A stretch of DNA of 18,018 bases from Verrucomicrobiales bacterium (GCA_031411295.1 JANOAV010000089.1:1-18018); one strand, 5' to 3'; numbered from the stretch's first letter, positions 1 through 8,786 are shown. The notes: a model not told the origin generated them from the letters alone. Made by a program: numbers and translations.

Positions 1-21
1 TGCGGCCACCTCGTCGGGATA

Positions 22-77
22 CCGGGGGTATCGCTATCGCTCAACCCCCGGCTAATTTCTGAGATCCCTCCGGGATC
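22..77. repeat. REP-like double hairpin element (probably partial, at window edge)
   Basis: CCGGGGGT (22-29) pairs with ACCCCCGG (44-51); GATCCC (63-68) pairs with GGGATC (72-77). Intergenic; architecture resembles extragenic palindromic repeats. Confidence 0.6.
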
Positions 78-296
78 ACATCAGCTTGAAGGCAACTTGG
101 AATTAGAGCCTTGTTAGTTGACCACCACCGCCACGGGAGACTCCTAGCAGCAGCGAACCATGTTGTATGCTGCGTTTTATGAGATTGCTTTAACCAACCG
201 CCCCGTATCACCGGAAGGATAGAGGCGATAAAATCCCTTCATTTCATTTGGCAGACGTGAGAAATACGGCTATCTTGCGGTTTGAATAAGATACCT

Positions 297-3200
297 ATGA
301 ACCGCACGCTTCCTAATTTTCCCGAGTCTTCCATGGCCCGATTGTCAATCTCAGACCGCGCTCGCAAGCCCCTGGTCCTCTGTCTGACCTTGGCCGCATT
401 GCCGCTGAGCGCCTGGGCGGAGAACTGGAATGTGGCCAGTGGCAATTGGGCGGATGCCGCAAATTGGAATCCCAATGCGGTGCCTAATACCTCGGATGCC
501 AACATTTTTAATGGGGGGACGGTCACTCTGGACTCGACGGTGGCTAACGTGAATGTGCTGCAATTAGGCGGCACCAGCACCTTGAATGTAGTCAGTGGCG
601 GCGTGATCACGACGAATAATGAATTCCGCACCGGACAAGGAGCCGGCAACTCTGCGATTACAAATATTTCCGGCACGGCCAGTATTGTTTCCAATGGCGA
701 ATTCCAGATCGGGAATGGTTTGGGCACTGGGGTGGTGAATATGACGGGCGGGAGTGTGACAGTAAACAGTTGGGTGGCGATTGGTCGCGATGGCGGCACG
801 GGGACGCTGAATTTAAGTGGCGGAACGTTTACTAAAGGTGGTGGATCAGGGACCTTTGATATTGGCACGTTTGGCAACGGAGCGACTGCGGCTAGCGGCA
901 CCCTGACGCAGACGGGCGGCAGTGTAGTCAATACCGGTAGCGCGACCAACATTGGCCGTGATTCCTCTGGCTCCGGCCTGTGGACCATGTCCGGGGGCAC
1001 CGCTACGCTGGGCCAACTGAATATTGGCAATGGCGGCAATGGCACGTGGAATATGAGCAATGGCGCCACCGCCACGACTGGACTCGTGAACGTAGGCAGC
1101 GGCGGTGCTGGCACATGGACCATGGGCGGGGCTGGAACCACGGTCACCACAGGTCAGGTCAATGTAGGTAACGGCGGTGTTGGGACCCTGACGATGAACA
1201 CCGGAGCGACTGCGAACACTGGCATCCTCCTGGTGGGAGCCAACGGTGCGGGCAGTGGCACCCTGAATGTTAGCGGCGGCACGGTGAATGGCTCAGACTA
1301 TGCCAAAATCGGTGTCAATGGCGGCACGGGCACACTCAATATTAGTTCTGGATCGCTGAATCCCACGAACTATTTTGTGGTGGGTGATAACAACTCGGTG
1401 GGTATGGTGAATCAGACGGGTGGCACGGTTACTTTTGGCCAGTGGGCCGTGATTGGCGGAGGTGGAGCCGGCACCGCTACCTCTAAGTGGGACATCAGCG
1501 GGGGAAATATTACTAGCGGAGCAGGGCTGGAGGTCGGAGCGGATCGCACGGGAACGATGAACATTAGCGGCACCGGAAATGTGGCGGTTGGCAGCGTGGC
1601 GCTGGGCGTGCGCACGGGCGGCAACGGAATCGTAAATAAGACGGGCGGCACCCTGACCACGAAAAATTTGGGAATTGCTGGGGCGCAGTCAGGCGGGGCG
1701 TTCGGCACGTTTCACCTCACGGGCGGCACCACCACCATTAACTCTGGAGGTGGTCAGTCTTACGTGGGCAATAGAGCGGGCAGCATTGGCACGCTGAATG
1801 TTTCCAACGGTGCCGTGATCGACAATGTTTCCGGTCAGGATTGGCAGATTGGCTTCAATGGCGGCACGGGCAATGTGAATGTGTCCGGTGGCGGCACGAT
1901 TAATTTTAACTGGTGGCTGAACCTGGGGCGAGGCGGTGGATCTGTGGGCACCGTCACGATCGATGGTGCGAATTCTAAGATCGCTTTGACTGCCGGGCGA
2001 ACCAACATTGGCGAAGATGGCACAGGCACACTTACGATCACCAATGGAGGTAAATACAGTGCCACGGATCAATTCTCTGTCGCCACCAATGGTGGCAGCA
2101 CGGGCACCGTGACTATTTCCGGCGCATCCAGTTTACTGGATCTCACATTCGATGCTTACATTGGTCGCAATGGCACAGGCACGCTGAACGTGAATGGCGG
2201 ACTGGTGAACCTGCATGATCGTTTCCTGCAAATCACCGAAGGCGCTGGTGGCAATGGCACGGTGAATCTCAATAGTGGAGCGGTGCAGGCCAGCTACGTG
2301 CAAGCAGGGGTGGGCACGGTCACGTTGAACATGAACGGTGGGGAACTGCGGGCCAATGCGGCCCAGCCTGATTTCCTGCGTGGTTTCACGGCGGGAAATA
2401 GTGAGTTACTGACGAACGGACTGGTGCTGAATTCCAATGGGTTCAACGTCACAGCGAGCACACCATTCGATGGCGTGGGCGGAATCACGAAGACTGGCAA
2501 TGGGGTGCTGACACTGAGCGGCACCATGACTTACACGGGAGTAACGACGGTCAACGGAGGTTCCATTTCCGCCAATGCTTACACGGGAGGCGGTGGCATT
2601 ACCAAGGCGGGCAACGGTGTCATGACGCTCACTGGAGCGAGCAACAACACTGGCACTACGACCGTAAATGCAGGCACCCTGACCATCTCGGCAAATGATC
2701 GCCTAACAACCACCGCGCCTCTCACGGTGAACGGTGGCGCTTTTGATTTGGCCGCATTTAACCAGACTACAGGAACGGTAACGTTGTCCGGCGGCACCTT
2801 GACTGGTGGCCACACCGCAGTGGGATTTGGTAACTTAACCGGCTCCAGCTACAATTTCCAAAAAGGCTTGTCTGAAGCGGTGCTGACAGGCGGTGCTGCG
2901 CTGACAAAGAGCACGGCGGATACCGTAACGTTGCGGGGTAACAGCACGTTTACTGGCGGCTCCACCATGAGCGCTGGCACGCTGGCTATTGGGCACGACA
3001 ACGCCTTCGGCACGGGCAATGTGGTAGTCACCGGAGGAAAATTACAGTTCGATAACTCCGGTCTGTATGAAGGGCGGGTGGCCGCAGGCACGAACTCATT
3101 TGATCAAACCACGCCCGTGCCAAAGGGCACCGTGGTCTTCGACACTCCCCGTGGCAACAGCACGGACACGGCGGCTTTTGGCGACAACTCCACCTGGGGT

Positions 3201-6200
3201 TACGTGGGCAGCATCGTGGTGCCGGGAAATTCCAACGTCACGTGGTCGTTCGCAGAGCAATTCGATGATAGCGTGAAACTGGCGATCGATGCCAATGGCG
3301 GCGTGATCAATAACAACAGTTGGAACACGCCGACGCAGGGCACTGTGACTTTAACACCAGGGAAGCACTCCTTCGAGGTGCGCTTCGGTCAAGGCGGTGG
3401 CGGGGTTGGCCCTAACAGCGGCTGGAACATTGGTTTCGGCGTGGATATGCAGGGCCGAGGAACCACCGATGCGGCAAACTACGTGAACTTGGGCGATAGC
3501 AGTTTCGTCAACAATCTGCGCCACGATATCACGGTTGCTAACGCGATCCAATTGGATGTGGTGACAGAAGTGGCTGCTCCGTATGATTACAGCACCAACA
3601 CCCTAACCGGCATCGTTTCTGGTAGCGGTGGCATCAACAAGACTGGCACGGGCACGGTGGTGTTGACGGCAGCGAACACCTACTCGGGCGGCAGCACGGT
3701 AAATGCGGGTCGCTTGGTGCTAAAAGACAACGTTTCCGGGAGTTCTAATTTCGTGACCAATGCAGAACTGGAATTCAACGTCACCACCGGGAGCCAGCAA
3801 CTCTCCGGCGGCACCATCAGCGGCACGGGAAATCTGCTGAAGACAGGCAATGGACAACTCCTGCTGGGTGCAAACGGAGCCCCGCAAACCATGGCTCTCA
3901 CGGGCGCCACTAGCATCATTGATGTCCAGGCGGGCCTGCTGCGCAATGAATATGGCAACAGCGCCTGGGGTGGAAACCTGGCGGGTCTGAATGTGGCCAG
4001 CGGAGCGTTCTTCGATCTTTGGGATGGCGATGCCACGGTGGATGAACTGACGGGAACAGGGACGATCAACAAAGCGTGGAGCAGCAACAACACACTTACC
4101 ATCGGAGCCAACAGCGGCAGCGGAACCTTCACGGGTAAAATTTACAACAATCGCACAGACCTAGGCTACAGCGGAAATGCGGGCGGCAATCTATCGCTGA
4201 CGAAGATCGGCACCGGCACGCAGACGATTATCGGGAACAACACCTACGCTGGAGGAACCAACGTCAACGGCGGCACCCTCATTTCCGGTGGCAGCGGCTT
4301 GGGAACGGGGACGTTAAACATTGGCGCAGGCGGCACCGTGGCCGTCAACCAGACTGCGAATGCCGGACTAGCCAGCCTTTATTACAACAGTGCTCCAGTC
4401 AATAGCGGTAACCTTGATCCTGCTTACAATAACCTCTCCACCCTGCGAGGGCGCGTTGGGGCGCTGACGCCGTTTACCGTGGTGACAACCCCCGTGATGG
4501 ATCTGAACAACGGTGGAGCCACGATTCCCGCCGGAGTGGGCCCGGACAACTATCAGGGCTACTACTCGGGCATGGTGAATATCACCAGCGGTGGCAGCTA
4601 CACCTTCAGCACTGGAAGCGATGACGGCAGCATGGTCTGGGTGGATGGCCAACTGGTCGTGAGCAACAATCATTTCCAAGGCTTCGCCTACCCACAGGCC
4701 AGCGGTTCGCTCAATCTGACACCCGGACGGCATAGTATCATCGTGGGCTTCTACGAGGGCGGCGGAGGCGATTCCATCAGAGTCGGCATTAACGGAGCAG
4801 ACACTGGCAATGTTGATGTAACGCTGGGGGCCAGCGGTCCGGCAGTCACTCCAGACTTAGTGGTAGGATCGCTTGCGGGCGCTGGAGGAAATTTACAATT
4901 GACCACTGGCGGCTTGATCGTCGGCACGGATAACAGCTCGCAATCCGGCGGGGCGACCATTTCCGGCATCGGCGGCGTGATGAAAGTGGGCAGCGGATCG
5001 CAAACCCTAACTGGTGCCAACACTCACACTGGAGGAACGTTCTTGACCGCAGGGAAACTGATTCTGGGTGGCGCTTCCGGCACGGCGGCGGGGGCAGGCG
5101 ATCTCACCCTAACAGCATCAAGTGGCTGGCCGACCACGGCGGTGGAATTGGCCACGAATCAAACCGTGGGCGTGGTGCATTTCATTGGATCAGACTTCAA
5201 TGGTCTGCGCCCGGAAGGAAATACCATTACCACCGCAGGGTTGGATTCCACCAACGGCAAAGGCGTGATTGAAAACAATGGCTACAACCAAGCCGCGCCC
5301 GGCGGCAACGGCACCGTGGTGGTCAACACCGCCGCCGCCACCAGTTACACCTTCGACGGTTACCTGCGCGACTACGATAACATTGGCGGAACGAAGATCA
5401 ATCTCACCAAGAGCGGACCAGGCACGCAGATCTTGACGGGCACCAACATCACCTACTCTGGCACCACGACCGTGAACGGGGGTATCCTCCAACTCAACAC
5501 CGGAAGCCAAGCTGGAACGCTGGCTGGACAGGGGCCCATCGTGATTAACAATGGCGGCACCCTGGTGGGAGCTGCGGTGGATGCAACAGGCTATCACACC
5601 AATACCGGGACCAATAGCATCACCATCAACCAAGGCGGCACCCTGTTAGTAAGCGCTGGGAATCGCCTCTCCATGGACCGCAATCTCAATGTGGTGGGCG
5701 GCATCGTTACTTCAGCCATCGGTGCGAGTTTCGACAACGGAGCCAGCTACAGTTTCCGCGACACTGGCAACGGACCAGTGAACAGCTACAACTTCACCTC
5801 CGCCCTTGATGGCACCAGTTCGCTCCTGAGCGCCAAGGACGCTGGCCTAGTGGGCAATGCCACCTTTACCGTGGGAGATGGTCCCGGGGCCATCGATCTG
5901 GACGTCACTGGCAACCTAGTGGATAACTTTGCCGCAGGCTCCTTCACCAAAGCTGGACCTGGCGTGGCCCGCATCAGTGGCGACAACACCTACACCGGTG
6001 CCACCAACCTAACCGGCGGCACCCTGCTTATGGGAGCCAGCGACACCCTGCCCAACACCGCCGCCCTGAACCTCAGCTCTGGCACCACCTTGAAAACGGG
6101 TGGTTTCAGTGACAACACGGGAACGCTTTCCGTCAACGGCAATGCCATCATCGACATGGCCGGAGGCGATTCCGTTCTTAACTTCAACAGCGTTGGCGCA

Positions 6201-6476
6201 TGGTCTGGGGTCTTATCCGTCTGGAACTACACCGGAGCCCCGTGGACGCTTGGCACGGACAAACTGGTCTTTGGCAGCAACCTCGGAAACATCGATCTCA
6301 CCAAAGTCGAATTCTTCAGCGGCAACGGGACCGGCCCCATCGGCACGGGTGGCGGCGGCCTCTATGGCAGCGAACTCGTCCCCGTGCCAGAGCCATCCTC
6401 AGTGCTGGCGGCCGTCTCGCTGCTGGGAGCGCTGGGCTATCGCGAGCGGCGGCGGTTGCGGCATTACCGCAGTTAG
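297..6476 (+). CDS. Giant PEP-CTERM-sorted surface protein with autotransporter-associated beta-strand repeats and two PA14-like domains
   Basis: About 2060 aa, rich in Gly/Thr/Asn/Ser. Signal peptide ending LSAWA|ENW. N-terminal G-x-G-T-L-N-I-S-G-G type repeats. Nine passenger-associated repeats such as GITKTGNGVLTLSGTMTYTGVTTVNGG. C-terminal VPEPSSVLAAVSLLGALGYRERRR (PEP + TM + basic tail). Start uncertain: TTG 282, ATG 297 or ATG 333. Confidence 0.93.
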   Translation: MNRTLPNFPESSMARLSISDRARKPLVLCLTLAALPLSAWAENWNVASGNWADAANWNPNAVPNTSDANIFNGGTVTLDSTVANVNVLQLGGTSTLNVVSGGVITTNNEFRTGQGAGNSAITNISGTASIVSNGEFQIGNGLGTGVVNMTGGSVTVNSWVAIGRDGGTGTLNLSGGTFTKGGGSGTFDIGTFGNGATAASGTLTQTGGSVVNTGSATNIGRDSSGSGLWTMSGGTATLGQLNIGNGGNGTWNMSNGATATTGLVNVGSGGAGTWTMGGAGTTVTTGQVNVGNGGVGTLTMNTGATANTGILLVGANGAGSGTLNVSGGTVNGSDYAKIGVNGGTGTLNISSGSLNPTNYFVVGDNNSVGMVNQTGGTVTFGQWAVIGGGGAGTATSKWDISGGNITSGAGLEVGADRTGTMNISGTGNVAVGSVALGVRTGGNGIVNKTGGTLTTKNLGIAGAQSGGAFGTFHLTGGTTTINSGGGQSYVGNRAGSIGTLNVSNGAVIDNVSGQDWQIGFNGGTGNVNVSGGGTINFNWWLNLGRGGGSVGTVTIDGANSKIALTAGRTNIGEDGTGTLTITNGGKYSATDQFSVATNGGSTGTVTISGASSLLDLTFDAYIGRNGTGTLNVNGGLVNLHDRFLQITEGAGGNGTVNLNSGAVQASYVQAGVGTVTLNMNGGELRANAAQPDFLRGFTAGNSELLTNGLVLNSNGFNVTASTPFDGVGGITKTGNGVLTLSGTMTYTGVTTVNGGSISANAYTGGGGITKAGNGVMTLTGASNNTGTTTVNAGTLTISANDRLTTTAPLTVNGGAFDLAAFNQTTGTVTLSGGTLTGGHTAVGFGNLTGSSYNFQKGLSEAVLTGGAALTKSTADTVTLRGNSTFTGGSTMSAGTLAIGHDNAFGTGNVVVTGGKLQFDNSGLYEGRVAAGTNSFDQTTPVPKGTVVFDTPRGNSTDTAAFGDNSTWGYVGSIVVPGNSNVTWSFAEQFDDSVKLAIDANGGVINNNSWNTPTQGTVTLTPGKHSFEVRFGQGGGGVGPNSGWNIGFGVDMQGRGTTDAANYVNLGDSSFVNNLRHDITVANAIQLDVVTEVAAPYDYSTNTLTGIVSGSGGINKTGTGTVVLTAANTYSGGSTVNAGRLVLKDNVSGSSNFVTNAELEFNVTTGSQQLSGGTISGTGNLLKTGNGQLLLGANGAPQTMALTGATSIIDVQAGLLRNEYGNSAWGGNLAGLNVASGAFFDLWDGDATVDELTGTGTINKAWSSNNTLTIGANSGSGTFTGKIYNNRTDLGYSGNAGGNLSLTKIGTGTQTIIGNNTYAGGTNVNGGTLISGGSGLGTGTLNIGAGGTVAVNQTANAGLASLYYNSAPVNSGNLDPAYNNLSTLRGRVGALTPFTVVTTPVMDLNNGGATIPAGVGPDNYQGYYSGMVNITSGGSYTFSTGSDDGSMVWVDGQLVVSNNHFQGFAYPQASGSLNLTPGRHSIIVGFYEGGGGDSIRVGINGADTGNVDVTLGASGPAVTPDLVVGSLAGAGGNLQLTTGGLIVGTDNSSQSGGATISGIGGVMKVGSGSQTLTGANTHTGGTFLTAGKLILGGASGTAAGAGDLTLTASSGWPTTAVELATNQTVGVVHFIGSDFNGLRPEGNTITTAGLDSTNGKGVIENNGYNQAAPGGNGTVVVNTAAATSYTFDGYLRDYDNIGGTKINLTKSGPGTQILTGTNITYSGTTTVNGGILQLNTGSQAGTLAGQGPIVINNGGTLVGAAVDATGYHTNTGTNSITINQGGTLLVSAGNRLSMDRNLNVVGGIVTSAIGASFDNGASYSFRDTGNGPVNSYNFTSALDGTSSLLSAKDAGLVGNATFTVGDGPGAIDLDVTGNLVDNFAAGSFTKAGPGVARISGDNTYTGATNLTGGTLLMGASDTLPNTAALNLSSGTTLKTGGFSDNTGTLSVNGNAIIDMAGGDSVLNFNSVGAWSGVLSVWNYTGAPWTLGTDKLVFGSNLGNIDLTKVEFFSGNGTGPIGTGGGGLYGSELVPVPEPSSVLAAVSLLGALGYRERRRLRHYRS

Positions 6477-6544
6477 GCGTAGTGCGGGACTGTGGTATTC
6501 AAAATCAGACTTCGAGCCGATGATGTATCACTGGGTTAGGTGAA

Positions 6545-6576
6545 ACTGTAATGTCCCCGGCAGGGGACATTACAGT
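6545..6576. repeat. Perfect 14-bp inverted repeat (REP-like element and/or terminator downstream of the PEP-CTERM gene)
   Basis: ACTGTAATGTCCCC-ggca-GGGGACATTACAGT. Imperfect extension GTTAG...CTAAC on the flanks. No clean U-tract. Confidence 0.7.
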
Positions 6577-6734
6577 CTTAACTAACTAACGCAGGAGGGG
6601 TGTCCCGGTTAGATATAATTTGCTAGGCTCCACCTTTTTGAACACTCCAGTGCGTGGGCGACAGTGTCGCTGTCGCTTGCAGGCGAAACTCCTACTCGAC
6701 AGAGCGCGGAGTTGCCACCACGGATGGTGGTTCT

Positions 6735-8762
6735 ATGATTCCCTCCCGGTTGCAATTCCAGATTGAAGCTCAAGCCAGCGGTTCCCGTGCGCGCGCGGCC
6801 CGTTTCCGCACGCTGCATAATGAGGTGCTGACGCCCTTGTTTATGCCGGTGGGCACGCAAGCCACGGTGAAGGCACAGCTCCCGGAAACGTTGCTGGAGG
6901 CAGGTTCGCAGATTCTGCTGGCCAATACCTATCATTTACTGCTGCGCCCGGGGGTGGATGTTTTTCAGAAGCTGGGCGGGATTCACGGCTTGATGAAATG
7001 GGAACGCAGCGTGCTGACGGATTCTGGAGGATTCCAAATTTTCTCCCTCCCCCACTCCCGCGCGATGCGGGAAGAGGGCGCGATTTTTAAGAGTTATGTG
7101 GATGGGACCAACATTCTGTTGAGCCCGGAACTAAGCATCGAAACGCAGAAGGCCATTGGGAGTGATATCATGATGGTGTTGGATCAATGCATCCCGTCCA
7201 CGGCTCCCCAGCCAGAGGCACGACAAGCGCTGAGCCTAACGCAACGCTGGGCGGCCCGCAGTCTGGCCGCCCGGGGAGATTCACTGCAATCAATGTTCGC
7301 GATTGTTCAAGGCGCGTTGTTTCCCGAACTCCGGAAGGAAAGCGCGGAGGGATTGATCACGCTGCCGTTCGACGGCTTCGCGATCGGCGGCCTGGCGGTG
7401 GGCGAAAGCCGCGCTGAGCGTGAGGACGTGTGTGATTACACCACGCAACTGCTGCCCACGGATCGTCCGCGTTACTTGATGGGTGTGGGCACGCCGTTGG
7501 ACCTGCTGGAAGCCGTGCATCGAGGCGTGGATATGTTCGACTGCATCATCCCTACGCAAGTGGCGCAGCGGGGCTCGGCCTTTACGTCCCGGGGCTTGGT
7601 GCAGTTCCGGCGGTCGGTGTATAAATTTTCCGAGGAACCACTGGACCCGGCGTGCGCTTGTCCGGTCTGCCAGAAATATTCCCGGGCGTATCTGCATCAT
7701 TTGCATAAATGTGAGGAAACGCTGGGCTGGACGCTGCTGGGACAGCATAATATTTACTACTATCACCAATTGATGCGGGAGATCCGGCAGAGCATTCTCG
7801 AGGATCGCTTCCTGGCTTACTATCACGAAAAGCGACAATTGCTGGATCTGGAGGACATCGATAACCCCAGCCAGCGCCCGGCACCAGCCAAGTCCCACGC
7901 GGGTCGCTTGCGACTCGGAGCCTACGAGGTGCACACTTCCGCTGCTGGATTCGTCAACATCAAGCAAACCCACACTGGCGAAGTCATGCATCCCCACCGC
8001 CCTCCCATGGAGGAAGCGCGCGCGCTCTACGTTGAACAATCTGCCCTGGCGGAACGATTACTGCAGGGCACCGAACCGTTGGTGATCTGGGATGTCGGCC
8101 TCGGGGCTGCGGCCAACGCCATGGCGGCTATTGAGTGCTATGAAATGCTGGCCGCCCAAGGACCGGTGCGCCCCCTGCAGATTGTTAGTTTTGAAAATGA
8201 CCTGGATTCGCTGACGCTGGCGTTGCGGCATCGGGAGAAGTTCACTTACTTGCGCCATGGCGGGCCTGCGACCTTGCTTAAGGAGGGAGCCTGGCAATCC
8301 CGCACCCTGCCGGGACTGAGTTGGACGCTGCTCCAGGGTGACTTCATGGAGTTGATGGTGGAAGCCCCGGCTGCGCCCGATCTCATTTACTACGATCTGT
8401 TTTCCAGCAAATCCGAGCCGCACCAATGGACCCAGGAAATGTTCGTGAAGTTGCTTTCCTGCTGTCAGTCGAAACCAGCCGAACTCTTCACTTACACGAC
8501 ATCCACGGCCGCCCGGGTGGCGCTGCTGGCCGCTGGTTTCCATGTGGCCCATGGTCAGAGTTCAGGCGCGAAGGTGGAAACCACGATCGCCCTAACCCCG
8601 GCTGCGGCGGCGCAACGGTGGGGCAATCAGCATCGATTGCTCGGGAAGAAATGGCTGGCACGCTGGGAGCGCTCCCAGGCCAAAATCCCGGCTGGACTGG
8701 AGGGGAGCGCAGCAGATGAATTCGCGGCCCGGATTCGGCAACATCGACAATTTGCTCCCTAG
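6735..8762 (+). CDS. tgt: tRNA-guanine(34) transglycosylase fused to a C-terminal MnmC/MnmD-like SAM-dependent methyltransferase domain
   Basis: Tgt motifs TPLFMPVGT, LANTYHL, LTDSGGFQIFSL, VLDQC, IVQG, AIGGLAVGE, PRYLMGVG, GVDMFDC and Zn site CACPVC...HN. C-terminal ~280 aa with WDVGLGAAAN, SFE, YYDLFS, WTQEMF, FTYTTSTAARVALLAAGF, resembling the MnmC N-terminal MTase. ATG 6735 (MIPSRLQF) matches the usual Tgt N-terminus better than GTG 6654. Confidence 0.92.
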   Translation: MIPSRLQFQIEAQASGSRARAARFRTLHNEVLTPLFMPVGTQATVKAQLPETLLEAGSQILLANTYHLLLRPGVDVFQKLGGIHGLMKWERSVLTDSGGFQIFSLPHSRAMREEGAIFKSYVDGTNILLSPELSIETQKAIGSDIMMVLDQCIPSTAPQPEARQALSLTQRWAARSLAARGDSLQSMFAIVQGALFPELRKESAEGLITLPFDGFAIGGLAVGESRAEREDVCDYTTQLLPTDRPRYLMGVGTPLDLLEAVHRGVDMFDCIIPTQVAQRGSAFTSRGLVQFRRSVYKFSEEPLDPACACPVCQKYSRAYLHHLHKCEETLGWTLLGQHNIYYYHQLMREIRQSILEDRFLAYYHEKRQLLDLEDIDNPSQRPAPAKSHAGRLRLGAYEVHTSAAGFVNIKQTHTGEVMHPHRPPMEEARALYVEQSALAERLLQGTEPLVIWDVGLGAAANAMAAIECYEMLAAQGPVRPLQIVSFENDLDSLTLALRHREKFTYLRHGGPATLLKEGAWQSRTLPGLSWTLLQGDFMELMVEAPAAPDLIYYDLFSSKSEPHQWTQEMFVKLLSCCQSKPAELFTYTTSTAARVALLAAGFHVAHGQSSGAKVETTIALTPAAAAQRWGNQHRLLGKKWLARWERSQAKIPAGLEGSAADEFAARIRQHRQFAP

Positions 8763-8786
8763 CGGACTCCGGTTAGTTTGCGGTGG

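Noticed and set aside
245..280. Sigma54 promoter for the PEP-CTERM gene
   Set aside because: TGGCA and TTGC are both present but not at the required -24/-12 spacing.
239..6187. Many minus-strand ORFs (e.g. 239-1150, 1412-1708, 3680-4132) rich in Pro/Val
   Set aside because: Antisense shadows of the Gly/Thr-rich repeat codons of the giant gene; no independent motifs.
5900..6476. Autotransporter beta-barrel at the C-terminus of the giant protein
   Set aside because: The protein ends in PEP-TM-basic residues, not a barrel with a terminal aromatic residue; it is PEP-CTERM-type, not a type V autotransporter.
6580..6734. preQ1 riboswitch upstream of tgt
   Set aside because: No recognisable preQ1-I stem with an A-rich 3' tail; the hairpins present do not match.
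6654..6734. N-terminal extension of Tgt from GTG 6654
   Set aside because: The extension runs through hairpin sequence and has no Tgt similarity; ATG 6735 fits the family start.
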